From: an uncultured Candidatus Saccharibacteria bacterium
GTDB lineage: Bacteria > Patescibacteriota > Doudnabacteria > UBA920
DNA length: 64,000 nucleotides
NCBI GenBank assembly: GCA_964532425.1
Contig: CAZHIA010000004.1
Span: forward strand, 83,740-147,739
Direction of reading: 5' to 3'
A model generated the notes under the pieces. It was given only the letters and a program-made list of their open reading frames with translations, was not told the DNA's origin and did not search any database. The position numbers and the translations under genes are program-made. Position 1 is the stretch's first letter, and each line of letters opens with the position of its first letter. Below, piece by piece: positions 1-12,000 of the stretch.

Positions 1-264
1 GGTAACATTGGTAAAACTGTTGAATGTAATAGCAACGGTTTGTCCGGACGTAATCCCAGTGGGCGTAGTGAATTTAACCACATGAGTGGCGGAAACGCTG
101 GGGGCGGAGGTTGAAAGCGTATCCGATACACTGGTCAAGTTCGATGCCTCGGCAGCTGTCCAGCCAAACATGCCCGTACCGGCAAGTAAGATCGTGATGA
201 TGGCTAGGCTGAATCTTCTGCCAAACCAGGCATATACCGCGTGCCGTTCTGCTTTTTGTTTCAT
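1..264 (-). CDS. Partial CDS (5' end only; the gene continues past the left edge of the window). Secreted or membrane-anchored protein N-terminus: MKQKAERHAVYAWFGRRFSLAIITILLAGTGMFGWTAAEA...SDTLSTSAPSVSATHVVKFTTPTGITSGQTVAITF
   Basis: Manual reverse-strand translation from the ATG at 262-264 runs open to position 1. The N-terminus has a basic n-region followed by a hydrophobic h-region typical of a signal peptide. The ORF track does not list it because it is truncated. No clear SD is present. Confidence 0.4.
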   Translation of the reverse strand, partial: MKQKAERHAVYAWFGRRFSLAIITILLAGTGMFGWTAAEASNLTSVSDTLSTSAPSVSATHVVKFTTPTGITSGQTVAITFNSFTNVT

Positions 265-376
265 AAAATTAACTATTTACTCTTATTTTTGAGGTTTTTT
301 CGTTATTACAAAGCTCACATTCCTTATGAAGATATTATATCATACACCAGAGCAAAAACAACAATTTTGGCAAGGG

Positions 377-1687
377 CTACTCACCGGCGCCCTCATCGAG
401 AACTTGCACGGTCCCGTCGTTTTTATGGACCGTAATTTGGTAACTCCGGCTGGATTGTAAAGCCGCGCTTAAATAAAACCCCAATATTATCAAGCCTGCC
501 AGCAACAAACCCAAACCTGCCAATAATAAACCATGCTTTTCGAACACTGCTTTCCATCCTTGCGGCTTGGCTAAAAATTTACTCTGTACAGTCGATGGCG
601 AGCTATCCACAGGCATTTCGCTCAGCGTGGCATTGGCCGGCCGCTTTCCCCTAGATTTTAGCGGTGCCGTCACCGTTTCAGCAGTGACCGTCTGAAGCGG
701 TACTCGCTCTGCGAGTATGGCAGTCTCCGCCCGCAATGCCCTGCGAATATAGGCCTTAATACCCCAAACCACGAGACCGGCAAGCAGTAGGAACAACCCC
801 AAAGTCGCAGCCAGCGGTTTTACCGGTATCACCCAAAAATATGCGGTATACGTGACATTCTGTCTGGCTTGCTGTCCAAAGGACAGCGTAGCAACGGCTT
901 TGTATTTACCCGCATCGAATACGTTTGACTCCCCTTGCCAGTCAAACACGAATTTTCTGACGGTCTGAGGAAGTACATATCCGAATGCGGTCTTTTGATT
1001 GACCGAGATCTTGCCGCGCTGCTTGCCCCACATGTTGTAAATGTTAATTTCCCCCTGCGGCTGGATATGGACATTTCCGGAATTCTCGAAACGCAAGACA
1101 AATTGCGCCGCCGGGGTCTGATAAAGCTGGCGCGCGGTCATAAACTCCCGAATATCTCCCGCTTCGACAACATTCCCATTGACCCGGAGAAAAAACAGAC
1201 TTGAAATATAACTTGAGACCGTAATATTTGAATCCGGAACCTGCGTGGTCTGCGGCTGGTTGCCGATCAAAATGGCTGCATAATGCCCGCCGGGCTGTGC
1301 ATCAGCCGGCACGTGTACGGAAAACGGCACGTCCTTGCTTTGCTGCGGATCAAGCTTAATCGGTGTCTGCTGGACATCAATCCAGCCTGCCAGATCATCA
1401 ACCACGCCATTGCCGGCCACTGGCTCGAGCTGGCCGCGCCCTTCTTCCCCGACCGGGGCAAAATTCATGACCGTAGCATACAGCGTAAGCGGATAGGTAT
1501 TGGGGTTGACCACCTTTATACTGCTGCTCCACTGTTCACCCGGATTCAAACCCAACTGGAAATAGGGTGGCACCACGGTAAAACCAAGCTGGTTGCGCTG
1601 GGAGGTTTGAGCCAGGACTGACCCGTGTGGCAAAAACAGCAGCACGGTCGCACAGAGCAGCAAAATTTTATATAGGCATTTCTTCAT
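377..1687 (-). CDS. Cell-surface protein with signal peptide, two beta-rich domains resembling DUF916 (N-terminal) and DUF3324 (C-terminal), then a TM anchor and a charged tail. This is the WxL-locus (csc) type of membrane protein.
   Basis: The N-terminal MKKCLYKILLLCATVLLFLPHGSVLA is a signal peptide. Hydrophobic TM segments lie near the C-terminus (LGLFLLLAGLVVWGI and LLLAGLGLLLAGLIILGF). The layout and motif pattern match the DUF916/DUF3324 families as I recall them, but this was not verified by search. Confidence 0.55.
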   Translation of the reverse strand: MKKCLYKILLLCATVLLFLPHGSVLAQTSQRNQLGFTVVPPYFQLGLNPGEQWSSSIKVVNPNTYPLTLYATVMNFAPVGEEGRGQLEPVAGNGVVDDLAGWIDVQQTPIKLDPQQSKDVPFSVHVPADAQPGGHYAAILIGNQPQTTQVPDSNITVSSYISSLFFLRVNGNVVEAGDIREFMTARQLYQTPAAQFVLRFENSGNVHIQPQGEINIYNMWGKQRGKISVNQKTAFGYVLPQTVRKFVFDWQGESNVFDAGKYKAVATLSFGQQARQNVTYTAYFWVIPVKPLAATLGLFLLLAGLVVWGIKAYIRRALRAETAILAERVPLQTVTAETVTAPLKSRGKRPANATLSEMPVDSSPSTVQSKFLAKPQGWKAVFEKHGLLLAGLGLLLAGLIILGFYLSAALQSSRSYQITVHKNDGTVQVLDEGAGE

Positions 1688-2732
1688 TGTTTTGTTTGGT
1701 ACGCGTTATTTTCTTTCGTGGCCGCAATACACCTTTTGCACGCGATGTTCTAGGCTTGGGTGACTGCTTCGCGGCCAGGGCTTTGTTTTCCTGTTCCAGC
1801 CGTTCGGCATACGCCGCAAGTTCCTGCCAGGCAGTGGCTCGCCGCTGTTGGCCCCTATACATGATGTACAGCAAAATGAATAAAATTGCAAAACCGACCA
1901 AAAAGAGTGCAGTCACAACTTGCCAGGGCAGCAGCCAAAAATATGTCGAATCAAGCAAGTTCAAATGACTTGTCACACCGTACTCCAACCCAAGTTTCGC
2001 CTTGAGACGGCCTGTTTGCAAGGGTGCGGTCCAGGAATTATAGATGACAAGCGTCTTGCCCGGTTCGATGGTTTTTCCGTCAGAGTTGACTTTGACCGCC
2101 CCAACTTCTTTGCCGCCGCTGTCGTACATTACAATTTCGCCCTGGGGCGCGAGCGGCTGGTCGCCGATATTTTCAATGACTGTTTCGAAGCGCTGCGTGC
2201 GGTTGCTCACCACCGAATGCACCGGCTTGAATGAATTCAATTGCAGCCGCTCGTTTTTCCGGGCCTGAACGGTAAAATTGACCGACACGCTCGCTGCCTG
2301 CTCCATATGTGCCGCCGCTTCATCGCGGGTTGTCCCGTCCACCAGAGAAATACGGGCGTGGTAACTACCAGGTACGGCTACCGGAGGCACATCGATCGAA
2401 AATTCAACCTTCTGCTGCTGCCCGGGCTTGATATTCAACACTGCCCGGGATATCGTGATCCAGTTGGCGAGCGAACCGCTCAAATCCGCTTCGCCCGGCG
2501 CCATAAAGTTGGTCCCGCCGTTCTGCGGCGAAACATTATTCACGAAGGTATAGAGCGTCTGCATCCGGGAGCTGGAATTCTCTAGTATAAAGGACGCGGG
2601 CACCGTATCTCGCGGCTGGCCTTCGGCATCAATAATGAGCGGCGAGACGCTCAAATCACTTGCCCGCACAAACTGAGGCAGACAAATAGTTATTAAAAAA
2701 ATGAGTATGGCTCTATGGACTATTTTTTTCAT
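1668..2732 (-). CDS. Paralog of the previous gene: DUF916/DUF3324-like cell-surface protein with signal peptide, C-terminal TM anchor and a basic, coiled-coil-like cytoplasmic tail.
   Basis: Signal peptide MKKIVHRAILIFLITICLPQFVRA. The TM segment is VVTALFLVGFAILFILLYIMY, followed by RGQQRR. The domain order matches the neighbouring gene. The 20-nt overlap with the downstream gene suggests an operon. Confidence 0.55.
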   Translation of the reverse strand: MKKIVHRAILIFLITICLPQFVRASDLSVSPLIIDAEGQPRDTVPASFILENSSSRMQTLYTFVNNVSPQNGGTNFMAPGEADLSGSLANWITISRAVLNIKPGQQQKVEFSIDVPPVAVPGSYHARISLVDGTTRDEAAAHMEQAASVSVNFTVQARKNERLQLNSFKPVHSVVSNRTQRFETVIENIGDQPLAPQGEIVMYDSGGKEVGAVKVNSDGKTIEPGKTLVIYNSWTAPLQTGRLKAKLGLEYGVTSHLNLLDSTYFWLLPWQVVTALFLVGFAILFILLYIMYRGQQRRATAWQELAAYAERLEQENKALAAKQSPKPRTSRAKGVLRPRKKITRTKQNNEEMPI

Positions 2733-2811
2733 GCGCTTGTTTCTGTTTGTGTTTCCTCTTCGCTATTTACTCTTTACTATTAACTAAGCACTATTCGCTC
2801 TTCGCTCTCTA

Positions 2812-4179
2812 TTAAAACACCGGCACTACAATATAGACGATCGATCCGCTGTACTGTCCGGCAGGCTGCTGGTTGGTGACTTGGGTTTTCACGACTATAT
2901 CGGTTGACTGATTCGTGACCGGACCGGAACTGTATGCGATCTCGCCGGCAACGGAATCAAACTTCGCGTATGAGTCATTAACCGCAAAGCGCGTCGAGCC
3001 CCCAGCCAGGGCTGCGGCTGTCGTGTGGTAGCCATAGGCTCCTGTTGCCCCGTTTGGAATAGCAAACGTTGCAGGAGCGGTATTCGTACCAGGAACCGGT
3101 GCAATACTGGAAGGCCCGGTCAGCCCCTGCTGCTGCAATACGAAAACCTGGTAACCCTGGGTTGCGGATGTGCTCACAGTCAGGCGCTGGGCCGCAGAAA
3201 ATGCGGTACCCAACGGCAAATGCCCGAACGGAATAGCGGTGGCTGTCGTGGTCGCATCGGTCGTAACTCCGCCTGTAGCCGTCCCCCGGTCGAGCCCGGA
3301 AATGGAAAACGTCAATGTCGCGCCAATTGTGGCTAAACTTGGGTACGACTGGGAGGCATTTGTTGCGACGGGCATACTATGCGTCACGTCGTAGACGCGG
3401 AAAAAATAAGTTGTATTTTGCGCAGCTCCGGAATCCTTCACCGTAAATTCGAATTCGGTTGCCGCATTCTTCAGCTGGGTAAATGTCGAAGCCGTGGTTG
3501 AGGACGAGTTGTGCGTACCGCACCCCTGCCCGGTTGAACTGCTGCACGCATCGGCATCGCTGAGGGTTTTTGTGGTAATCACCGCATTATCCGCTCCCGC
3601 ACCCTGGGCATAACACCAGACCGAAGTTGAAATGCACGTGCTGGTCCCGACCACGTCGGATACGATGGCAAAATCGGAAGTCTGCGAATACTGGAGTTTG
3701 TATTTAATTTTGGAATCTCCCGCATTACCGGTTTCTTTTATGGTCACGCGCAATTTGAGTGAATCGCCGTTATTAACAGCGCTCGGCGCAACGTTTTCCG
3801 CAGCCAGGCCGGTAACCGGCGTCTCATTACTGATATCACTATACCACCGCCACTTCTGGCTGCGGGGCGTAAACGTGTCAAAATATAAAAATCCTGTTTT
3901 GACCGTAAAATTAGTACTGGTCGATTCTCCGTTCGTTGTCTGCCCAACGGCATTGATCTGCTGGAAGCTGCTGGACGTGGAAAAGCCTCCGCTATCGCTC
4001 GTAATAGGATCACGAGAATCGAAATGCGCACTGTTGTAATCAGTCGCTACTGCCGGCACACTGTTGAACAGTAACAACAACACGCCAAAAACAGGCAGCA
4101 CGTACCAAAACATGCGCCTGCTTATAACCTGATACTTCTTGGTTTTGACAGGCAACGGTTGATTTCGTAAGATCCGCAT
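2812..4179 (-). CDS. Secreted Thr/Ser/Gly-rich surface protein. It may carry a divergent WxL-like C-terminal domain (the C-terminus ends ...YSGSIVYIVVPVF).
   Basis: N-terminal hydrophobic segment MFWYVLPVFGVLLLLFNSVPAVA. The composition is low-complexity and T/S/G-rich, with beta-strand-like alternation. It is co-located with the DUF916-like genes. The WxL call is speculative. Confidence 0.5.
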   Translation of the reverse strand: MRILRNQPLPVKTKKYQVISRRMFWYVLPVFGVLLLLFNSVPAVATDYNSAHFDSRDPITSDSGGFSTSSSFQQINAVGQTTNGESTSTNFTVKTGFLYFDTFTPRSQKWRWYSDISNETPVTGLAAENVAPSAVNNGDSLKLRVTIKETGNAGDSKIKYKLQYSQTSDFAIVSDVVGTSTCISTSVWCYAQGAGADNAVITTKTLSDADACSSSTGQGCGTHNSSSTTASTFTQLKNAATEFEFTVKDSGAAQNTTYFFRVYDVTHSMPVATNASQSYPSLATIGATLTFSISGLDRGTATGGVTTDATTTATAIPFGHLPLGTAFSAAQRLTVSTSATQGYQVFVLQQQGLTGPSSIAPVPGTNTAPATFAIPNGATGAYGYHTTAAALAGGSTRFAVNDSYAKFDSVAGEIAYSSGPVTNQSTDIVVKTQVTNQQPAGQYSGSIVYIVVPVF

Positions 4180-4204
4180 AAAGATTCAACGAACCGACAC
4201 GAGG

Positions 4205-4819
4205 TTACGGAGTGGCTTTTGCGGAGGTTCCGCTGGTTGGCTGTTTTTTAGTCTGTTGGGCAGGTTGGCTCACACTCAATGGAGCGAGCTCGATAATCTT
4301 GTTCTCTGTCGGACGGTACAAAATGGCCTTTTTTGCGCTTGTGTAGATGAGCACCTTGTCCCCGACCTGGGCTTTGGCAAAGAACGGCTGGTCTTTCAAT
4401 TTTTCCAGATCTGTTACCGTCGCAATGGTGGGCTGTTCGTTTTCTGGCAGAACCATCAACTTGCCTACCTCTACTAAAAGCTGACTGGCTTCGGCGGTGG
4501 CATTGGTTGCATCTCCGAGCACCTGGGGATTCTGTTTTGTCTGCATCTCTGCCAATTGCCGCTGCAATTGGGCGACGCGGGCAGTCGTCTTCGCCGACTG
4601 GACGTACAGAAACCCGGCTGCAGCCATGGCCAGGACAGCCACTGCCGTGGCAGCGATGGCAGGCTTATTCAACAATTTGCGTTCCTGGGGAGCCGGCAGC
4701 GCCGCCTGCATAGTCGGCGCAGGAGCCGGATTTTCTGACACAACTGGACGCTCAAAAATCTTCCTGGTTTTTTTTACGGGCATTTTATTTCCGGAGTTAG
4801 TTGATACTTTATTATACAA
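4205..4819 (-). CDS. Membrane-anchored hypothetical protein with a single TM (AIAATAVAVLAMAAAGFLYV) and an extracytoplasmic domain.
   Basis: ORF with one clear hydrophobic helix. The start is uncertain: either M1 or M13 (MPVKK). Confidence 0.45.
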   Translation of the reverse strand: MYNKVSTNSGNKMPVKKTRKIFERPVVSENPAPAPTMQAALPAPQERKLLNKPAIAATAVAVLAMAAAGFLYVQSAKTTARVAQLQRQLAEMQTKQNPQVLGDATNATAEASQLLVEVGKLMVLPENEQPTIATVTDLEKLKDQPFFAKAQVGDKVLIYTSAKKAILYRPTENKIIELAPLSVSQPAQQTKKQPTSGTSAKATP

Positions 4820-4879
4820 TATTTGTATTGATATACAAATACCCGGAATTTCTACACGCCCGTCTCGCCAAAACAGACC

Positions 4880-5920
4880 CTAGCGACCCTTGTATTGATT
4901 ATCGACTTCCTGGTACACGAGCTGTGATGTTTGCCTAATAAGGGCAGAGAGCGACTTCAGATCGTTCCCACGAGTCATAACGCACAGCAGATACGGATGG
5001 TCCGGGTAGTATACGATGCCGCAATCGTGCAGCTGCCGCTCATTGTTGTCTCCGATCCGCTCACCAAATTTATGTGAAATAATGACATCAGCGGGAATCC
5101 CCACCACGAGGCCGTCTTTAAATTGCGACTCTGACAAAAGCTTCAATGCCTTTTCCGAATCGGCTTTGGAAAGGTAGGATGCATTGAACAGAATTCGGAA
5201 AAAACCGGCATATGTCCGGACGCTGACTTGGGTACCATCCGAATCTGCATTCGGCAATTCGATACCGAAATCGTTATAGATCTGCTCCAGCTGCTTAATA
5301 TCGATATGGGTCAATAACAGTTGGGCCGCATCATTATCAGAATACTCGATCATCCGCCTGATCAACTCGTCTACTGTGTACGTATTGCCAATCTCCAGCC
5401 GGGACTCGGGAATAATGGTCTGTTGATTCGGAACAAGCTGTCGCAAATTCTGTTCGGTAATCGTGATGGACTCATTCAGCACTTGCGGATCAGCCTCGGA
5501 GATCTTATAGTACGCCATCATCAACGGTACCTTCAGCAAGCTGGCCGGGGTAAAACTTGCCGCTTCGTTGACCCCGAACCACGGGCCATTGTTAAGATCA
5601 CGGAAGTACACCGAAATGAAATCAATACTGTTGCTGTCACGGTTGGCTTTATCTGTAAAATCCGCGATCTTTTGTTCGAATGGCCGCAACTCGACGAATG
5701 AGTCTTCAGTCTGCTCATAGTCGAGCAACGGATTGATGAACTGGTACCCGCCGGCCCGGATCGCGCGGGCATTTCCCTCCGGCGATGCCACCACGGTCGT
5801 TTTGGGAGAACGCAGAACAAAACCCGCAATGAGCCCAGCGCAAAAAACCCCGATCAGCAACAACGCTTTCGTCATAGGCGATCTTGGATTTTGATTTTGT
5901 TCTTTGTTTCGGTCGGACAT
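4880..5920 (-). CDS. Serine hydrolase of the class A beta-lactamase-like family (Beta-lactamase2 type), membrane-anchored or secreted.
   Basis: An SxxK motif (ASLLK in FTPASLLKVPL) and an SDN motif (YSDNDAAQLL) are present. A KTG-like motif appears as HKFGERIG. The N-terminal TM or signal segment is ALLLIGVFCAGLIAGFVL. AGGAG sits 6 nt upstream of the ATG at 5920. Confidence 0.65.
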   Translation of the reverse strand: MSDRNKEQNQNPRSPMTKALLLIGVFCAGLIAGFVLRSPKTTVVASPEGNARAIRAGGYQFINPLLDYEQTEDSFVELRPFEQKIADFTDKANRDSNSIDFISVYFRDLNNGPWFGVNEAASFTPASLLKVPLMMAYYKISEADPQVLNESITITEQNLRQLVPNQQTIIPESRLEIGNTYTVDELIRRMIEYSDNDAAQLLLTHIDIKQLEQIYNDFGIELPNADSDGTQVSVRTYAGFFRILFNASYLSKADSEKALKLLSESQFKDGLVVGIPADVIISHKFGERIGDNNERQLHDCGIVYYPDHPYLLCVMTRGNDLKSLSALIRQTSQLVYQEVDNQYKGR

Positions 5921-6032
5921 GTTCGCTCCTGCGAATCTTTGTAAGAAAATTATAACAGCAAAATATAAAAATCACCATTAAATTCTGGTGATTTTTTTGA
6001 TTTCCTCTTAACTATAACAAAAGTTTTCCACA

Positions 6033-9000
6033 TCACTGGCTGCTAGTGCTTGCATCGGTCGTTGTGTCGATAGCCGGAGCGGGCGGAGTGGCAGTTGCCG
6101 GCGCATCGGTCGATGACTGACTTGGTGTGGACACCGCTGATGTCTGGGCCGTAGTGGTGTCCGTTGCCGGATTATCAGTCGTGCTCGGTATAATCACTGC
6201 GTTAGTGCTGGTACCAGCGACTGTGCCGGTTGTGTCTTGAGTGGAGCTGGCTATTGCGCCGGTAACCGCCTGCTGCTCGGGAGACGGGTTAACCGCGGTC
6301 GAGCTGGCGACCTGGGAATTTTCTTCCACCGGGCTTGTGACTACCGCGCTTCCCGCTGCCTGCTGAACCGGACTGATGGAGCTGAACGTTTTTGCGCTGC
6401 GGACCGCGAGGGCAATCCAGCTGAACGGAACATCCATTGGTGCGGGCTTATTCAATATTATAGAGAAGCCCTGTTCGCTCTTATTGGTAATGATGAAGCT
6501 GATATTCTGGGCAAAGATATTTTCCGCAAATTGACTGTCCGCTTCCGCGGTTGTCGTGGCGTTTAACGCTATGGTCGCATTCACGATCGGTTGCTCCACA
6601 TACGGCCGATCAAACGTAATGGCTACGCCCTTCTGCCCGCGGCCAATGACCGCAAAACCAGCGGTATCGGTCGTAAAGTACGGCGTTCCGACGAAATAGA
6701 CGTCGCCGTTCATACTAATACCGCCATTACCGAGCGGGGCAACCGTATTGACCGTGATGCCATTCTCAAAAGTTACCGGACCGGAGAACGCCAAACCCGA
6801 GGAGGCTGCACGGGCTAAGGTTTTCAGGTCAATGCCGGCAACCACATCCGAAGTGGTAGTCAGGTTCCGTTGCAAACCTTGGAGCAGCGTTTGCATACTA
6901 CCCATGTTTTGTTGCAACCCAAGAATAGCCGCTTGCGAGGTAGAAGCAGCGTCCTGCAGGAACGAAAGCCCTTGTTCAAGCCGGTCCAGCTGGGCGCTCT
7001 GCAAAGAGCCGACTGACAAGCTGGCAAACGTTCCGCTGGCTGCGGAAATGCCGCCCGCGAGCCAGGCGTTGCCCACGGAATCGACTCGCATGCCGGGTGC
7101 CGCACCATTCATGCCGATAGAGAAACTGCCGCCGCTCGGAAGCAGCACGGAAAGTGTGCTCGTGCCTGCCGGGGCAATCGCATCAATATTCAAGTCCCGA
7201 GAAGTAATCTTTGGCGTGATCAATTCCACGCCCCCGATCAGCCGATCGGTAAAGACTTCGGAAACATCCTCACCCTGACCTTCCGCACTGCGGCTGAGCA
7301 GATGCTCAAGCACGCGAAGCGAAAAGTTCGTGGTTGTGGCAAATTCCTGGACACCGTTTGTCATGGTCGCATCCATCGTTAGTCCCGACAACTCCTCTTC
7401 GATGCTGCGCCCGTTGAAATATGAGACATTCACGTACATGGAAACTTTGCCATTTGGAACCTCTTCCAAATAATCCGAAAGCGCTTGCCCGATGGCCTGG
7501 CCGGCTTTGACCGCTTTAACGGCTACGCCGGGCTGTTGCGGGTGCACCATAAGGTAATCACCGGCATGAATCGGACCATTGTCGAGCGAGGCCCGTACCG
7601 GCACGCGCCCGGCTAAGGCGATCGGAACAACATGCTGCTGCCCGCTGATATCGTCACTGGCAGACAGGCGGAAACCCGGACGCTCGGAGACAACACCGAC
7701 AAGCGACCCTTTGCGATGGGCACGCCTGACAAAATCGCCGCCAGTATCACTGTCCACTTCAACAATCTCACCGGCGGACAGCGTCTCGTCGGTGGTAGGA
7801 TAATCTTCAGCATAGTCGTACGCATTGGTGCTTAGCATCATGGCATGGGTCACGAGCAGCGTGCCCATGCGGCCGTTATTATCCGCCACTTGGGTGCCGC
7901 CATCGAACTTTATGCCTGCCATATTGCCGTTGCCGGAATCAAAACGCAAAACATACGAGTTCATGGAATTCTTGGTCCACTTATACAAAACGCCTGCTCC
8001 CGGCTCACTCGTGCCCATATACAAATCACCGTTGAACTCGATCATCGAATCCACCGCATCAACACTCGTTTGGCTACCGAACGTACCGCGGGTGTTCTGC
8101 ATTAAGGTCCAAGCCGTGCTGGTCGCCGAGCTCTGGGCATATTCATACAAACCGGCGGTCTGCTCGGCGCTCGTCGTCTGCGTCCCGGCATACAGCGTAC
8201 CATTGTACGAACGCAAAATCACGCTGTCGATGTTCACTGCATCAGTGTTGTTCAACTGGCCGCGGGCGTTCGCCATTCTGACGAACTGAGTGGCCGAGCC
8301 GGCAGTGACGCTGTTGCTGATGCCAAAGCGGTAAATAGAAGCCAGGTTACTGGTCGCGGTACCCACAAACAAATTACCGGCAAATACAGCCATAGAAGCG
8401 ATCTCGTTTCCCGCGTCCGGCCCGAGCGTGCCGCCGCCAACCGCAGTAATCAAAGTCCAGGTCGTACCGTTCCCTTCATAGACTCCAATCGAACCTTGTC
8501 CGGTACCGGTCTGGGTGCCAGCCCAAAGACGGTTATTATAGACGACAAACACAGCACTATCTGAAACCACGTTAGTTTCAGCCGCGATTTTTCCGATGGT
8601 CGGATTCACTCTCGCAAACGTGGCAGCGCCCGTACCCCCGTTATACCGATCGACTTCCATGGCATTGGTTTTTTGCGTCGCCACAAAGAGCATCCCATTA
8701 AAGACCGCCATATCGGAAATACCGTCGGTCGTCGCACTGACAATCGTACCACGGGCGGAGTTAACCATGACCCAGTTTGCGGTCGTGTTATTGGCCGTAT
8801 CGACGTTCGATGCCATATAGACAGCACCAAGGCCAGTTCCAGTGCCTGTTTGCGAACCTATGAACAACTTGCCATTATAAATGCTCATAGCATACCCGTC
8901 GATGACCGTACTCGCATCGGTCGAGGTAGCCTTGCCAGCCGCGTTGGTAACCATGGTCCAGGTATTGCCGGAATCCAGGCGGTAGACTGCTGCCCCATCG

Positions 9001-12000
9001 GTCTTTCTGGTGGCAATGAACAGCTTACCCTTGTACACGACCGAGGCCATGACCGAGGTCGCGTTGGTGACGCTCCCGAATGTTCCGGGCGTACCGCCGG
9101 TATTTAGAATAGTAAATCCGGTACCCGTGGACGGCGAGTCCGGCTGCGCGCCGATCAACACGTTCCCAACCACATTCAACTTTTCGGTGACGGTCGATGT
9201 CCCAATAGCCAAACCCTTTAGCGAGTTGTCCCAATAAAATTGCGTTTCATCGCCGGCGAAACCGCTGCCTGAATTAAATTGAATCGCACCAGCATTGCCA
9301 CCCGGTGTTCCACTGCCTCCGGTGAATAAACTCCCATTCTGATAGAGGCTCCCCGTAAAATTAATGTCTCCCTGTACCGATAAGATTTTGGATGGTGTAG
9401 TAGTACCGATACCGACATTTCCGTTATAACCGATCTTAAATAATGCATTGCCGCTGCTATCCTGCGCTTGGAACAAATCAGATGTTGCCGCATTTGCCAA
9501 TCTAGTCACAAGGGTTGTCGAACCGTTTCCCATGCCATTTAGGAAAAACCCCGAGTAATTGGCAGTGGCTGTACCAAAGATTCCATACCCCGTGCCTGCG
9601 GCACTGCCATAGACGCCGGTACCGGTTCCCGTCGCAGCGCCCCATACTCCATAGAGAGATGATCCGCTTGCACCTGTTGACCTCCCATAAACACCGGCAC
9701 TCAATGTAGTACCGGCAGAAGTTCCCATTATGGCTATGCCTCCTGCTGCATTTCCGGAAATAACACCGGAAGATAAAGTGTTTGTAGAAGATGCGTTTAT
9801 GACAATGGCATTTCCTGATTGGACATCAAGCTGGTATCCTGGTGTCGAAGTGTTGATACCGATGTACCCATTGGCGGTTACATGGAAGAAGCTTTTACCG
9901 CTCGATGACGCGATATCGAACAACTGGCTGGAGGAACCGGAATACCCCTGTACGGCCAATTCCGCCTGCGGAGTCGATGTGCCGATGCCGACGTTGCCAT
10001 TGGTGTTTATTACGAAGCGGAGGTTGTCCCCCGTCCAAATGCCAGCGCTATCGCTATTCATGGGAGTGCCGATCTCCATCCTGCCGGAATTACTGACAAC
10101 CCGCAACCGGGAAATATAAGCACTGGGGTTATAAAACCTGGCCACGTCCCAGTCCCCGGTATTGCTGTACACGTCCAATTGTTCAGCTGGTGACGTTGTC
10201 CCGACTCCCACATTGCCGCCGCTGCCGTTTAAAACCAAATTTCCATAAGCCGAACCCGCTGACTGTATAGATTGCAGCGAAGTATAGCCGCCGCTAATAG
10301 CGCTTAAGTTAACATTCAAAGCCGTGTACCCTCCGCTGCCGCCATTGACGCCAAGAGTCATGCTGGCCGGCGCTACGGAATTTGAAACGTGCAGGGTCGC
10401 TTGGGGGCTCGTTGTCCCAACCCCGACATTGCCGCCGCTGCCGTTCAAACTGAGCGGGGAAAAACCCGTCCCCAGCTTAGCAGCCTGGATGGAACCGTAA
10501 TCCGAAACGGTATTATACCCGACTATCAGTTGCTGCCTGGAGTTTGAAAAACCGTTCACAACCAATTGCCCTGGGTATGCATTTGCATTATCCTGGTTAA
10601 CCATTAAGCGCGCCGTTGGAGTCGATGTACCAATGCCGATGTTGCCGTTCGTATCCAAGATCATTTTGCTCGTGTAAGATGATCCTGAATAAAAATTGAT
10701 ATTTTGTCCGGCAAGATTGAGATCTCTGGCAGACGATCCTGCAGTGTATGCCGCCAGGAACGCGGCTGTTCCGCTATCGTACAAGTATGCACCGCTTGCC
10801 GGAAGGTTTCCTAAATTTCCGATATTGCCAGCCGCGAGTACGGCACCTGCTACATGGAGAGCCTGGCCGGGAGTGGTCGTGTTAATGCCAACGTTACCGT
10901 TCATCACCGACATTCCCGCGCTCACAAAGCTGGTAGTGCCGATGGCGACTCCGCCATTCGGATTCATCGACAGCACCGCCCCCTGCCCTCCGCCTCCCAA
11001 ATGTCCGCCGTCGTAAAAGTACATCATTCCGTTATTGTCAGAAAAGAGTGACCACTGGCGTCCAGAGGCGGCAGTATTATCCACGAGCAGTGCAGCTTGG
11101 TTATCGTCGAGGAGGTGAATCTTGCCGCTTCCAGTGGACCCCTTAATAGTCAGCAGCGTATCAGGACTCAAAGTGCCGATACCGACTCTTCCTCCAGCTG
11201 TGACGTTCAAGAATGTTAATCCGGAAGAAGACGCTGCGCGGAAAATGTCGAGTGTCGGCTGGGTCGTCGTACCCTGCGCCGCCAAGGTGGCACTGGGGGT
11301 CGTGGAGTTAATGCCGAGAGCTGATAGTGTGCTGCTGTAGAATAATTCTGCTCCCCCGAATGCACTGCTATTGTTAAATTGTAACTGCGTATTCCGGCCG
11401 CCCGGCGTACCGCTGCCGCCGCTCGCTGCGATCGTGATCTGTCCCGGCGTAGATGTGGTGATCGTAATGTTTGCTCCGGCCACCAGTTTGGTAGGGCCAT
11501 ACTTCGTTCCCGTTCCGTCGGCAGCGAGCAGCATACCGGTCTGGGTCGGCGCGGTGGAAGTTCCCGTGCCGCCGTTCGTGACTGCGATAGTACCAGTGAT
11601 GCTCACAGTCGAAGTGCCGGTCACTTGGATGTTGGTACCCGCGGTAATGAGTGAAGAGAGGTCAACGAACGTCGGTACGCCAGAGCCGCCATTCGATTTC
11701 AAAATTTGGAATGCTGTGCCGACGGTTGTTGTCGCGATCACCCCTGTGCCGTTTCCGACAAGCAAGGCATTGGCTGCAATGCTTTTGACACCAGTACCGC
11801 CGTTGGCGGGCGTCAACGCGTTCGTCAGATTCACTCCGGCAAATGTCGGTGTGGAAGTCGTCGTCACCGACTGGTCAATACTCGCCGTACCGAAAAGGTA
11901 CAAACTGTTCGAGGCGCCAAACAAATTTATCGAACTGCCTACCGACAAAGTCGCGCTATTCAAAGTCAGCGTGCCGGTCCCGGTCGAAATGGTGTTGCCG

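Noticed and set aside
86-292. Track ORF 86..292 (+), 68 aa
   Set aside because: It overlaps the better-supported minus-strand partial gene (1-264) that has a clear signal peptide. The plus-strand ORF has no RBS and is low-complexity. It is probably an antisense artefact.
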